A stretch of 64,000 nt of DNA from Candidatus Omnitrophota bacterium. Its GTDB lineage: Bacteria > Omnitrophota > Gorgyraeia > Aquiviventales > Aquiviventaceae. Positions 16,922 through 26,358 of the stretch are shown here, piece after piece (within the stretch, counting starts at the first letter, position 1; every line of letters begins with the position of its first letter). Location: positions 1,129-65,128 of the forward strand of contig JACPTX010000053.1 in NCBI GenBank assembly GCA_016192545.1. The letters are read 5' to 3'. A program made the position numbers and the translations under genes. Below the pieces are notes generated by a model. It was not told the origin of the DNA. It saw nothing but the letters and a program-made list of their open reading frames with translations, and did not search any database.

Positions 16922-18697
16922 ATGGGCCAAGCCCCGCGTCAAGCCCTCCCGCTCAGCAAGCGCGCGCTGCTCCTGCAATTCGGCCTCGGCCTCCTCGTCA
17001 TTGCAGCGCATCTCTGCTGGTTGACGTCCTCCGGCCTGCCGCGCGTCGAGCATCTCGTCCTGGACACCTTCTTCCGGCAGCGCGGCGCGCTGCCGACCCA
17101 CCCGGCCATCGTCTACATCGAGATCGCGGAGGACAGCCTGCAGGCGATCGGCCGATGGCCCTGGCCGAGGCACTACCACGCGGTGATGGCGGCCCTCCTC
17201 AAGGAGTGGGGCGCGAGGGCGGTCGTCTTCGACATGCTCTTCAGCGAACCCAGCACTGACTTCGACGATGGCGCGCTGCGCGAAGCGCTCCAGCAGTTCC
17301 CCTCGGTCTATCTGCCGGTCGTCCTGGAACCGCAGGCGGAGGGCGCGGCCTGGATTCGCTCCCTGTCTGTCTTCGAGGAGGCGGCGCGCGGCGTCGGCCA
17401 CATCAACATCACGCCGGATGCCGACGGGGCTCTGCGGAGGATTCAGCCCTATCTCACAGAGGGCGGCCGGACCTACCCACACCTGTCCCTGCGCATCGCC
17501 TATGACTACCTGGGACAGCCCCTCCCCCCGCCGGCGACCGAGGCGGGCACCCCCGCAGGGGGTCGCCGAGGAAGTCCCGGAGGCGCAGCCGGAGGGAAGC
17601 CCAACACCATGCCATTTCCACTGGATGCGGACGGCAACCTGCTCATCAACTGGTCCGGCCGATGGGCCCAGACGTTCGCGCATTATTCGTACGTGGACCT
17701 GCTCAAAAGCTTCGAGGCGATGCGCGGCGGCCGCCCACCCCTCGTCAGGCCGGAGGCGTTCAAGGACAAGATCTGCCTGATCGGGCTGACCGCGACGGGC
17801 CATGCCGATACCAAGGTCACGCCGTTGGAGCCGGCGTACCCCGCGGTCGGCATCCATGCCAACGTCATCAACAGCCTCCTCACGAATCGGTTCATCACGC
17901 CGGCGTCGCGGCGCACCAACGCCCTGTGCCTGATCGGCATCGGGCTGCTCGCCCTGCTGGGGTTTGTGCCGTTCCGGCGCATCACGTCCCTCACCGCAGG
18001 AGCCGCCTTGGGGCTCGCGTGGGTCGTCATCGCCTACACCCTGTTCGTGCGCCAGGGGCTGTGGCTGTACGTCGCGCATCCGCTGCTGCTGCTCCTGTCC
18101 CTGTTCCTGGCGGCGGCGATCTCCGCCGTCGCCATCGGGGCCCGCGAACAGGCGCGGCTGTTTCAGCTCGCCACCCGCGACGGCCTCACGGAGCTGTACC
18201 TCATGCGGCACTTCCGGGGGATCCTCCTGCAGGCCATGCAGGAGGCCCGGCAGCGGAGCGAGCCGCTGTCGGTGATCCTCATGGACGTGGATCACTTCAA
18301 GCGCATCAACGACACCTACGGGCACCAGGCCGGCGACCAGATCCTCAAGCGGACCGCGCAGGTCATCCAGTCCTGCGTCCGCACCAAGCGTCCCAATGGC
18401 CAAACGGATGAAGCGGCCGCCCGCTACGGAGGCGAGGAGTTCATCGTCCTGCTGCGCAACTGCACCCTGGACAATGCGGCGTCCAAAGTCGCGGAGCGCA
18501 TCCGCGCGGCCGTCGAGCAGGCCACATTCCAATGGAACCAGACAACCATCCCGGTCACCATCAGCCTCGGCGTCTCCACGCTGCGGCCCAGCGACCAGGA
18601 GCCGGACCCTCTCATCCGCCGGGCCGACCAGGCGCTCTATCACGCCAAAGCCAACGGCCGCAACCGCGTCTCCACCGAATCCACCCTCGTCGGCTAG
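16922..18697 (+). CDS. CHASE2 sensor domain - transmembrane - GGDEF diguanylate cyclase
   Basis: N-terminal CHASE2 pattern (IVYIEIAEDSLQAIGRWPWPRHYHA...VVFDMLFSEPS), three or more TM helices, and a C-terminal GGDEF domain with an intact RYGGEEF active site and DHFKRINDTYGH. Confidence 0.85.
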   Translation: MGQAPRQALPLSKRALLLQFGLGLLVIAAHLCWLTSSGLPRVEHLVLDTFFRQRGALPTHPAIVYIEIAEDSLQAIGRWPWPRHYHAVMAALLKEWGARAVVFDMLFSEPSTDFDDGALREALQQFPSVYLPVVLEPQAEGAAWIRSLSVFEEAARGVGHINITPDADGALRRIQPYLTEGGRTYPHLSLRIAYDYLGQPLPPPATEAGTPAGGRRGSPGGAAGGKPNTMPFPLDADGNLLINWSGRWAQTFAHYSYVDLLKSFEAMRGGRPPLVRPEAFKDKICLIGLTATGHADTKVTPLEPAYPAVGIHANVINSLLTNRFITPASRRTNALCLIGIGLLALLGFVPFRRITSLTAGAALGLAWVVIAYTLFVRQGLWLYVAHPLLLLLSLFLAAAISAVAIGAREQARLFQLATRDGLTELYLMRHFRGILLQAMQEARQRSEPLSVILMDVDHFKRINDTYGHQAGDQILKRTAQVIQSCVRTKRPNGQTDEAAARYGGEEFIVLLRNCTLDNAASKVAERIRAAVEQATFQWNQTTIPVTISLGVSTLRPSDQEPDPLIRRADQALYHAKANGRNRVSTESTLVG

Positions 18698-18698
18698 C

Positions 18699-18759
18699 GG
18701 TTTCCGGGGACACGATATTGTGTCCTATCGCTATTTCGCATATCGTGTCCCCGGAATTA
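18699..18759 (+). repeat. 61-bp hairpin repeat, copy 2 (first copy at 8179..8239)
   Basis: Begins 2 nt after the diguanylate cyclase stop. Same orientation as copy 1. Confidence 0.9.
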
Positions 18760-18775
18760 CCAGCTAGCCTGTTGA

Positions 18776-18805
18776 TAGACAGTAACCCACTTCCCGCACT
18801 ATAAT
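18776..18805 (+). promoter_or_regulatory. Candidate sigma70-type promoter of nuoJKLMN
   Basis: TAGACA (18776-81), 18-nt spacer, TATAAT (18800-05), 31 nt upstream of the nuoJ ATG. The same TAGACA -35 is seen upstream of nuoA. Confidence 0.4.
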
Positions 18806-18836
18806 AGGGACTTCGTGATTCATTTCACAATCCTGC

Positions 18837-19346
18837 ATGCCCGACGCACTCCTCTTCTACATCTTCAGCGGACTCATGCTGGCGGCGGCGCTCTCGGTCG
18901 TCCTCAACCGCCAGCCGGTCTACGCCGTGCTCTCGCTCCTGCTGGCCATGTTCTGCCTGGCCGCGCTGTTCGTCCTGCTGGGCGCCTACTTCGTGGCCGC
19001 GCTCCAGATCCTCCTGTATGTCGGGGCGGTGCTCGTGCTCTTCCTCTTCGTCGTGATGCTCCTCAATCTGGACCGCGACACACTGGCCCGCCTGCAGCCC
19101 TTCACGAGGCGGGGATTGGGCACCCTGGTCGCCCTCCTCTTCGCCACCCAACTGATCCTCCTGCTGAACCGCGCCGCGTTGCTCGCGCCACTTGCCGAGG
19201 TGCCGGCTCCCGCGGGAACCGTGCGGGACATCGGACGCCTCCTGTTTACGACCTACCTCCTGCCCTTCGAGCTGACCTCGTTCCTCATCCTCGCCGCGAT
19301 CATCGGGGCGGTGACGCTCGCCCGCGGCCTGTGGAAACCCGAATGA
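18837..19346 (+). CDS. nuoJ: NADH-quinone oxidoreductase subunit J
   Basis: 169-aa polytopic membrane protein. Assigned from its position before nuoK and the ...ALQILLYVGAVLVLFLFVVML... motif. Confidence 0.8.
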   Translation: MPDALLFYIFSGLMLAAALSVVLNRQPVYAVLSLLLAMFCLAALFVLLGAYFVAALQILLYVGAVLVLFLFVVMLLNLDRDTLARLQPFTRRGLGTLVALLFATQLILLLNRAALLAPLAEVPAPAGTVRDIGRLLFTTYLLPFELTSFLILAAIIGAVTLARGLWKPE

Positions 19347-19648
19347 CGCTCACCGTCACCCACTACCTCGTGGTCAGCGCGCTACTCTTCGCCATCGGGC
19401 TCATGGGCATCATGACCCGCCGCAACGTCCTCATGATCCTCTTGTGCATCGAGCTGATGTTCAACGCCGCCAACCTGGCCTTCGTCGCGTTTGCGCGGGT
19501 GCACGGGGACCTCGGCGGACAGCTCATCGTGTTCTTCGTCATCACGGTGGCGGCGGCGGAGGTCACCGTCGGGCTGGCCATCGCCATCCTGATGGCCCGG
19601 CGGCTGGCCACGCTCAACGCCGACGAGGCGAACCTCCTGAAATGGTAG
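19343..19648 (+). CDS. nuoK: NADH-quinone oxidoreductase subunit K
   Basis: 101 aa from ATG 19343 (ATGA overlap with nuoJ stop): MTLTVTHYLVVSALLFAIGLMGIMTRRNVLMILLCIELMFNAANL...AAAEVTVGLAI, the canonical NuoK/ND4L pattern. Confidence 0.85.
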   Translation: MTLTVTHYLVVSALLFAIGLMGIMTRRNVLMILLCIELMFNAANLAFVAFARVHGDLGGQLIVFFVITVAAAEVTVGLAIAILMARRLATLNADEANLLKW

Positions 19649-21498
19649 CTCTGCTGGCGTGGACGCTGCTGCTCGCCCCGCTGGCTGCGGCGGCGAGCAT
19701 CCCGCTCCTGGGCCTCCACCGCAAGCGGCTCAGCGCGGCGCTGGCGATCGGCGGATTGTTCCTGTCGTTCCTCTGCGCGGCCGTCTTGTTCCTGCAGGCC
19801 CTCGGCGGACGGCTGACGCTCCCGCTGGAATTGTCCGTCGCCTGGATCAGCCTGCCGGACCTGGCGATCCCCTTCGGCATCCTCCTGGATCCCCTGTCGC
19901 TCCTCATGGCGCTCGTCGTCACCGGCGTGGGCAGCGCGATCTTCCTGTATTCGACCGGCTACATGGCTGAGGACGCCGGCTACAGCCGCTATTTCACATT
20001 GCTGGCGCTCTTCGCCTTCTCGATGCTCACCATCGTCCTCGCGAACAACTGGCTGGAGCTGTTCATGGGCTGGGAGCTGGTGGGATTCTGCTCCTACGCG
20101 CTGATCGGCCACTGGTATGAGAAGCCGTCGGCGGCCGAGGCCGGCAAGAAGGCGTTCATGGTCAACCGGGTGGCGGACTTCGGCTTCATGCTGGGGATCC
20201 TCGCGCTCTGGGCGATGTCCAGCCCGCTCGCCGCGGAGCGCACGCTGAACTACCAGGCGCTGCAGGCGCGCCTGCCCCAGCTCGTCGAGATGGGCTGGCT
20301 CGCTCCCCACGCCCTGGGTCTCGTCGGGCTCCTGCTCTTCTGCGGCGTGCTCGGCAAATCCGCGCAGATGCCCCTGCACGTGTGGCTGCCGGACGCGATG
20401 GAGGGCCCCACGCCGGTCTCCGCGCTCATCCACGCCGCGACGATGGTGGCGGCCGGCGTCTACATGCTCTGCCGGACGTTCTGGCTCTTCGAGCCGCTGC
20501 CCCAGATACTGGCCGTCATCGCGTGGGTCGGCGGAGCGACCGCCTTTTTCTCGGCGTGGCTGGCCGTGGTCGAGGCGGACCTCAAGCGGATTCTCGCGTA
20601 CTCCACGCTCAGCCAATTGGGCTACATGGTCATGGCGGTGGGGCTGGGCGGGGCGGTCGCCGGCATGTATCACCTGACCACGCACGCGTTCTTCAAAGCG
20701 CTGTTGTTCCTGGCCGCCGGCAGCGTCATCCACGGCACGCGCCGCCAGAACATCTGGGAGCTGGGGGGCCTCGCGCGCTCGATGCGTTGGACATCGCTGG
20801 CGTTCCTCGTCGGGGCCCTGGCGCTGTGCGGGTTCCCGTTCCTGAGCGGGTTCTTCAGCAAGGATGAGATCCTGGTGCTGGCCCATGAGCACAACCGGGC
20901 GCTCTACTGGCTCGGCACGGTGACGGCAGGGCTGACCGCGTTCTACATCGCCCGCGCGTGGTTCGTCGCGTTCACCGGCACGCCCTCCGAGCGCCTGCAT
21001 GCGCACGAATCCCCGCTCGTCATGCTGGGGCCGCTGGCCCTGCTGGCCGGGCTCTCGATCGCCGGCGGCTATCTCGGCATCCCGGCCTTCCTGGGGCAGC
21101 ACGAAGGCCGCCTCCACCTGGATGTCGCAGCCGTGTCGCTGTCGGTCGTCGCAGCCGGGCTGCTCCTGGCCTGGCTCATCTACGCCCGGCGGCTCATTTC
21201 CGCGCAAGAGATCGCGGCCCGCTGCCGCTGGTTCCACCAGGTGCTACTGCAACGCTACGGCTTCGACAATCTCTACACCTGGTACGTCGAGCAGGTCCAG
21301 CAGCGGCTCTTCGCCGGCGCGTGCGCCCTGTTCGAGCGGGCCGTCATCATCGGCTTCGCCGTCAACGGCACCGCGCGGCTGACCCAGACGGCCGGGCACG
21401 TCCTGCGCCTGTGCCAGACCGGCAAGGTGCAGAGCTACGCGCTCGTGTTCTTCTCCGGCATCGTGGTGTTCCTGTATCTCTCGACCCGCTTGCGCTGA
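19642..21498 (+). CDS. nuoL: NADH-quinone oxidoreductase subunit L
   Basis: 618 aa from ATG 19642 (MVALLAWTLLLAPL...). Contains WELVGFCSYALIGHW and SAQMPLHVWLPDAMEGPTPVSALIHAATMV antiporter-like motifs. Confidence 0.9.
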   Translation: MVALLAWTLLLAPLAAAASIPLLGLHRKRLSAALAIGGLFLSFLCAAVLFLQALGGRLTLPLELSVAWISLPDLAIPFGILLDPLSLLMALVVTGVGSAIFLYSTGYMAEDAGYSRYFTLLALFAFSMLTIVLANNWLELFMGWELVGFCSYALIGHWYEKPSAAEAGKKAFMVNRVADFGFMLGILALWAMSSPLAAERTLNYQALQARLPQLVEMGWLAPHALGLVGLLLFCGVLGKSAQMPLHVWLPDAMEGPTPVSALIHAATMVAAGVYMLCRTFWLFEPLPQILAVIAWVGGATAFFSAWLAVVEADLKRILAYSTLSQLGYMVMAVGLGGAVAGMYHLTTHAFFKALLFLAAGSVIHGTRRQNIWELGGLARSMRWTSLAFLVGALALCGFPFLSGFFSKDEILVLAHEHNRALYWLGTVTAGLTAFYIARAWFVAFTGTPSERLHAHESPLVMLGPLALLAGLSIAGGYLGIPAFLGQHEGRLHLDVAAVSLSVVAAGLLLAWLIYARRLISAQEIAARCRWFHQVLLQRYGFDNLYTWYVEQVQQRLFAGACALFERAVIIGFAVNGTARLTQTAGHVLRLCQTGKVQSYALVFFSGIVVFLYLSTRLR

Positions 21499-23039
21499 TG
21501 CCCATCGTGCTGGTGATCCTGCTCGCCCCGGCAGCGGCCGCGCTCCTCCTCTGCCTCGTCCCGCAGCACCGTCCCGACTGGGCGCGCCGGATCTCGGTGC
21601 TGGCGACCGGCATCCCGCTGGGGCTGGCGCTCTGGCTCGTGGGCCACTACGACCGCGCCGCCGGCGGGTATCAATACGAGGTCTTCGTGCCGTGGATCCG
21701 GTCGCTGGGGATCGGGTTCCACCTCGGGGTGGACGGGATGAGCGCGGTGCTGGTGCTGCTCCACGCGCTGTGCAGTGTCTGCGGCGTGCTGATCTCCTAC
21801 GCGATCAAGGAGCGGGTCAAGGAGTACTACATCTTCTACCTCCTGCTCATCACCGGCGTCTTCGGCGTCTTCACGTCGCTGGACCTGTTCTTCTTCTATT
21901 TCTTCTACGAGATGGCGGTCATCCCGATGTACCCCCTCATCGGCATCTGGGGCAGCGACGTGAAGGAGAAAGGCGTCGTGCGCTTCTCGAAGGAATACGC
22001 CGCGATGAAGCTCACGATCTATCTGACCGTCGGCGCGGTCATCGCCCTGCTCGGCCTGCTGTGGCTCTACGCCGGCTCCGGCGTCAACAGCTTCGACGTT
22101 GCCGCGCTGGAGCGCCACTTCCGCGCCAACCCCCTGGACGCGCAGCTCCAGCGCGCGATCTTCCCGCTGCTCGTGCTCGGCTTCGGGGTCATCGCCCCGA
22201 TGTGGCCGTTCCACAGCTGGTCGCCCATCGGCCACGCCGCGGCTCCGTCGGCGGTCAGCATGCTGCACGCCGGCGTCCTCATGAAGCTGGGCTCCTACGC
22301 CATCATCCGCCTGGCCGTCGGGCTGCTGCCGGAGGGGGCGCACGCGTGGCTGCCGTGGGTCGCGGGGCTGTGCCTCATGAACATCATCTATGGCGGGCTG
22401 GTGGCGATGGCGCAGAAAGACCTCAAGCTCATCATCGGCTATTCCTCGTCGAGCCACATGGGCTACGTCCTGCTGGGGATCGCCTGCCTCACGCCGCTGG
22501 GCTTGAACGGCGCGGTGTTCCTGATGTTCGCGCACGGCCTCATGACGGCCCTGGCCTTCGCGCTGGTGGGGCACGTGTACGATGAGACCCACACGCGGTA
22601 TCTCCCGGAGCTGGGCGGGCTGGCCAAGCGCCTGCCGTTCATCGCGACGTGCGGCGTGATCGCCGCGATGGCCTCCAGCGGGCTGCCGGGGTTCGGGAAC
22701 TTCGTCGCCGAGCTGCTGATCATCCTGGGCGCGTGGGACCGCTACCCCCTGCAGGCGGTGCTGGCCGTCCTCGGCGTGGTCATCACCTCGGTCTACATGC
22801 TGCGGATGGTCCGCGGCGTGTTCTTCGGGCAGGCCAACGAGGCCCTGCCCCATGCCCGCGATGCGGCCACGCCCTTCGCGCGCCTGCCCTACGCGATCCT
22901 CATCGGAGCACTCCTCCTCGTGGGCTGCTGGCCCAACCCGCTGGTCCGGCTGATTGATGTCTCGTCGAGGCCGTTCGTGGAGCGGATGCGCCAACCGAAC
23001 GGCATGCAGATCGCCGCCCCTCCTTCCACCCGCCCATGA
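21498..23039 (+). CDS. nuoM: NADH-quinone oxidoreductase subunit M
   Basis: 513 aa from ATG 21498 (TGATG junction with nuoL). Contains FFYFFYEMAVIPMY, HSWSPIGHAAAPSAVSMLHAGVLMKLG and IGYSSSSHMGYVLLG. Confidence 0.9.
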   Translation: MPIVLVILLAPAAAALLLCLVPQHRPDWARRISVLATGIPLGLALWLVGHYDRAAGGYQYEVFVPWIRSLGIGFHLGVDGMSAVLVLLHALCSVCGVLISYAIKERVKEYYIFYLLLITGVFGVFTSLDLFFFYFFYEMAVIPMYPLIGIWGSDVKEKGVVRFSKEYAAMKLTIYLTVGAVIALLGLLWLYAGSGVNSFDVAALERHFRANPLDAQLQRAIFPLLVLGFGVIAPMWPFHSWSPIGHAAAPSAVSMLHAGVLMKLGSYAIIRLAVGLLPEGAHAWLPWVAGLCLMNIIYGGLVAMAQKDLKLIIGYSSSSHMGYVLLGIACLTPLGLNGAVFLMFAHGLMTALAFALVGHVYDETHTRYLPELGGLAKRLPFIATCGVIAAMASSGLPGFGNFVAELLIILGAWDRYPLQAVLAVLGVVITSVYMLRMVRGVFFGQANEALPHARDAATPFARLPYAILIGALLLVGCWPNPLVRLIDVSSRPFVERMRQPNGMQIAAPPSTRP

Positions 23040-24457
23040 ATCTTTCGTCGCTGAACGCCGTCGCGGTGGAGCTTGTGGTCGGCGCGTGGGCCGTGCTCCT
23101 GCTCAGCGCGGATCTCCTCCAACGCGAGGCTCGCAAGCATTCGCTGTGGGCGATCTCGGGGCTGGGCGTACTGTGCGCGGGCGCGGTCCTGTGGTGGCAG
23201 CAGGCCTGGGTGGGCCAGCATTTCGGCCCCATGTTCGTCTTCGACGCCTTCGCGGCCTTCTTCAAGGGCCTTTTCCTGCTGACCGCGCTCATCGTCGTGC
23301 TCATGACGCGCGTCTTCACCCGCCTCCTGCCCGGCAATATCGGGGAATTCCATCTGCTCATCTTCTCGGCGCTCCTGGGCATGCTCGTGCTGGCGTCGGT
23401 CACCGACCTCCTGCTGCTGTTCATCGGCCTGGAGCTGCTGACGTTCTCGCTCTACGTCATGGCGGCCTATCTCAAGACCGACAAACGCTCGGTCGAGGCC
23501 GGGCTCAAATACCTCGTCCTCGGCTCCATCTCGTCGGGATTTTTGGTCTACGGGATCAGCCTGCTCTACGGCGCGGCGGGGGGGACGAACTTCGCGCTTG
23601 TGAGCCGGACGTTCGCGTCGGGCGCGGTCCCGCCGCTGGCCGTCGCCGGGATGCTGCTGGTCATGGCGGGATTGGGATTCAAAATCGCCGCGGTGCCGTT
23701 TCATCTCTGGGTGCCGGACGTCTACGAGGGGGCGCCGACGCCGGTGGTGGCGCTCCTGTCCGTCGGCTCCAAGATGGCGGGCATCGTGGTGCTGCTGCGC
23801 GTGCTGTACGGCGTGTTCCTGCCGGCGCAGGCGGTGTGGGGCGGGGTGCTGGCGGTGCTGTCCGCCGCAACGATGTGCTACGGCAACCTCGCGGCGATTC
23901 CGCAGACGAACATCAAGCGGCTGCTGGGGTATTCCTCCATCGGCCACGCCGGCTACCTCTTGATGGGCCTCGCGACCGCCACGGCCTCCGGCGCGCAGGC
24001 CGTCGGGTTTTACCTGCTGGCCTACCTGTTCAGCAACCTGGCGGTGTTCTTCGTGGTCGTGCTGGTGGGATCGCTGGCGGGAGGGGATTCGCTGGAGAGC
24101 TACAACGGCTTATCGCGCAGGTCTCCGCTGCTGGCGGCGACCCTGTTCATCGGGCTGCTCTCATTGGCCGGGGTCCCGCCCCTGGCCGGATTCTCAGGGA
24201 AGCTGCTGGTCCTGCTCGCCGCTGTCGAGGGGGGGCGGCTCTGGCTGGCCGCGATCGGCGCGGTCAACGTCGCGATCTCGCTCTACTACTATCTCCTGAT
24301 CGTCCGGCGGATGTACCTGCTCCCGGCCGCCTCCGCGCCTCCCATCGCCGCCGACCGGCTGACGCGCCTGGTCCTTTTCCTCTTGATGGCCGCCATCGTC
24401 GGCATCGGGGTGTTTCAAGAACCCTTCCTCCAATTGATCCCCTCGTCCAGGCTGTAG
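23036..24457 (+). CDS. nuoN: NADH-quinone oxidoreductase subunit N
   Basis: 473 aa, ATGA junction with nuoM. Contains FKIAAVPFHLWVPDVYEGAPTPVVALLSVGSK and LGYSSIGHAGYLL. Confidence 0.9.
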   Translation: MNLSSLNAVAVELVVGAWAVLLLSADLLQREARKHSLWAISGLGVLCAGAVLWWQQAWVGQHFGPMFVFDAFAAFFKGLFLLTALIVVLMTRVFTRLLPGNIGEFHLLIFSALLGMLVLASVTDLLLLFIGLELLTFSLYVMAAYLKTDKRSVEAGLKYLVLGSISSGFLVYGISLLYGAAGGTNFALVSRTFASGAVPPLAVAGMLLVMAGLGFKIAAVPFHLWVPDVYEGAPTPVVALLSVGSKMAGIVVLLRVLYGVFLPAQAVWGGVLAVLSAATMCYGNLAAIPQTNIKRLLGYSSIGHAGYLLMGLATATASGAQAVGFYLLAYLFSNLAVFFVVVLVGSLAGGDSLESYNGLSRRSPLLAATLFIGLLSLAGVPPLAGFSGKLLVLLAAVEGGRLWLAAIGAVNVAISLYYYLLIVRRMYLLPAASAPPIAADRLTRLVLFLLMAAIVGIGVFQEPFLQLIPSSRL

Positions 24458-24843
24458 CGGCCCGGCCCGATCAGGATCAGGCTCAGGAACACGATCCCGG
24501 CTTCGATCGCGTGGGACGCGACCGCCAGGCCGTCGCCCCGGCACAGGTGCATGGTCGCGGCGACCGTCATCGTGCCGGCCATGAAGAGCGCGGCGAGGCG
24601 GGTGCAGAACCCGGCGATCAGGCACAGCCCGCCGCCGAATTCCGAGAGCGCCGCCAGGAATCCCCAGAAGGCCGGCGCGAACGTGATGCCGACATTGGCG
24701 ACCGCGCCTCCCACCTGAGCCCACCGCTCCGGCCCACCGGACACCTTGGGCCAGCCGTGGAAGAGGAACATCGCGCCCAATCCCACCCGCAAGATCAGCA
24801 AGCCGACGTCCCTGTACCGATCCAAAAATCTCAGCAGCGTCAT
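24415..24843 (-). CDS. DoxX family membrane protein
   Basis: 142 aa with [23 protein letters not shown]...[24 protein letters not shown], typical DoxX. Its 3' end overlaps the convergent nuoN end by 43 nt. Confidence 0.8.
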   Translation of the reverse strand: MTLLRFLDRYRDVGLLILRVGLGAMFLFHGWPKVSGGPERWAQVGGAVANVGITFAPAFWGFLAALSEFGGGLCLIAGFCTRLAALFMAGTMTVAATMHLCRGDGLAVASHAIEAGIVFLSLILIGPGRYSLDEGINWRKGS

Positions 24844-25856
24844 GAGCCCCTTCGGGATTTGCGCTCCTGCCGCATCCGCTGCAAGAGCTTGGGTAGCTGC
24901 GAGAGGGCGGCGAGCTCCCGCTTGACCCGGGCAATGGGGCGGGCGGGAAACCCCCAGACCATCTCACCCGCCTTCACGTCTTTCGTCACCGGCGTCGCCG
25001 CTCCGATGCGGGCGTCATCGCCGATCGTGATGTGATCCACCACGCCGGACTGCCCCCCGAACATCGCGCGGTTGCCGACCGTGACGCTGCCGGCAAACCC
25101 CACCTGCCCGGTGATGATGACGTCCTCGCCGATGACGTCGTTGTGCGCGATCTGCACGAGGTTGTCCACCTTGGTGCCGCGGCGGATGATCGTCGAGCCG
25201 AAGGTCGCGCGGTCCACGCAGACGTTGGCGCCAAGCTCGACGTCGTCCTCGATGATGACGTTGCCCAGCTGGGGGATTTTGGCATGACGGCCCTCGGCCC
25301 AGACGTACCCGAAGCCGTCCGCGCCGATCACCGTGCCGCCGTGGAGGAGGACCCGGCTGCCCACGCGCGCGCCGTGCATGAGGACGACGTTGGGCCCGAT
25401 GAAACAGTCCTCGCCGATGACGACCCCCATCCCCACATGCGCGCCCGATTCGATGACCGTGCCCCGGCCGATCCGGGCGTCGGCGCGGATGACGGCATAC
25501 TCCGCCACCGTCACCTCGTCGGCGAGGTGGGCCTGGGACGACACCACCGCCGTGGGATGAATCCCGGCGGGTGTGGAGGGGGCGGCGCGGAAGAGCCCCG
25601 TGACCTTCATGAAGGCCACGCGGGGATTGGCCACGCGCAGGAGGTTCTTGTCGGCGATCGGCGGGAATTTCGGGGAGACGATGATCGCCGACGCCCGGCT
25701 CACCCGCACCTGCGGGGCGTAGCGGTCGTCCTCGGCGAACGTCAGCTCGCCGGCCTGAGCCGCGTCCAGCGCGTTGATGCCGAGGATCTCTTCATCCTCG
25801 TTGCCGACGAGCTCCCCGCCGATGAGCTCCTGGATGGTCCGCAGGGTGTACGACAT
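24840..25856 (-). CDS. lpxD: UDP-3-O-acylglucosamine N-acyltransferase
   Basis: 338 aa with N-terminal LpxD domain ([12 protein letters not shown]...SAIIVSPKF) and long left-handed beta-helix hexapeptide repeats. Confidence 0.9.
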   Translation of the reverse strand: MSYTLRTIQELIGGELVGNEDEEILGINALDAAQAGELTFAEDDRYAPQVRVSRASAIIVSPKFPPIADKNLLRVANPRVAFMKVTGLFRAAPSTPAGIHPTAVVSSQAHLADEVTVAEYAVIRADARIGRGTVIESGAHVGMGVVIGEDCFIGPNVVLMHGARVGSRVLLHGGTVIGADGFGYVWAEGRHAKIPQLGNVIIEDDVELGANVCVDRATFGSTIIRRGTKVDNLVQIAHNDVIGEDVIITGQVGFAGSVTVGNRAMFGGQSGVVDHITIGDDARIGAATPVTKDVKAGEMVWGFPARPIARVKRELAALSQLPKLLQRMRQERKSRRGS

Positions 25857-25893
25857 GCCGATCTCCTCTGTTCAAGTCATTGTGAGAGCTACG

Positions 25894-26358
25894 CTACCAC
25901 GGGCGGCGCGTTTCCGCAACCGGTTCGTGCGGGGGCGGAGTGAAGTCAAGCGTATCGCCGACCCGCAGGCGGTGCGTTCGGCTGATGCCGGCCGGCAGCT
26001 CCAGCACATACGCGCCCCGGCCGCGGACCTCCACGCCATCCTCCGCCCCGGCCTCGGGGTGAGGAACCGACTCCACGATCTGCCGGATCCGCCCCTGCGC
26101 ATCCAGGAACAGGACATCCAGATCGAGCCGGGTGTTCTTCATGGTAAACACGTGCTCGATGTCGTCGTCGAAGGCGAAGAACATCCCTCCATCCGGCGGC
26201 AGCCCGTCCCGGAACATGAGCCCGCGCTCGCGCGCCTCCGGCGTGTCGGCGAGCTCGGCGTGAATGGCCCGGCCGTTCGGCAAACGGATCGTCATGAGTT
26301 CTTCCGCCTGCGCCGGCATGCTGAGGAGACAGACCGCGAGGAGCCACGCGCGCGTCAT
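25894..26358 (-). CDS. DUF192 family periplasmic protein
   Basis: 154 aa. Signal peptide, then ELADTPEARERGLMFRD...GMFFAFD...HVFTMKNTRLDLDVLFLD, the DUF192 signature as recalled. Confidence 0.7.
   Translation of the reverse strand: MTRAWLLAVCLLSMPAQAEELMTIRLPNGRAIHAELADTPEARERGLMFRDGLPPDGGMFFAFDDDIEHVFTMKNTRLDLDVLFLDAQGRIRQIVESVPHPEAGAEDGVEVRGRGAYVLELPAGISRTHRLRVGDTLDFTPPPHEPVAETRRPW

Noticed and set aside
17510-17610. Possible in-frame palindromic insertion in the CHASE2 domain (CGGCGACC...GGTCGCCG, CCCCCgcaGGGGG) encoding PPPATEAGTPAGGRRGSPGGAAGGKP
   Set aside because: CHASE2 loops are too variable for me to show that removal restores a conserved motif. No flanking direct repeats were seen, and short GC palindromes arise by chance at this composition.
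16658-18643. 661-aa ORF on the minus strand
   Set aside because: Antisense to the CHASE2-GGDEF gene, which has clear motifs. This is a shadow ORF.
19363-22994. 624-aa and 519-aa ORFs on the minus strand
   Set aside because: Antisense to nuoL and nuoM. The charged Arg/Glu/Asp/Gln-rich translation is incompatible with real proteins in this context.
22954-25035. 693-aa ORF on the + strand
   Set aside because: Out of frame over nuoN and antisense to doxX/lpxD. Arg/Gly/Pro-rich.
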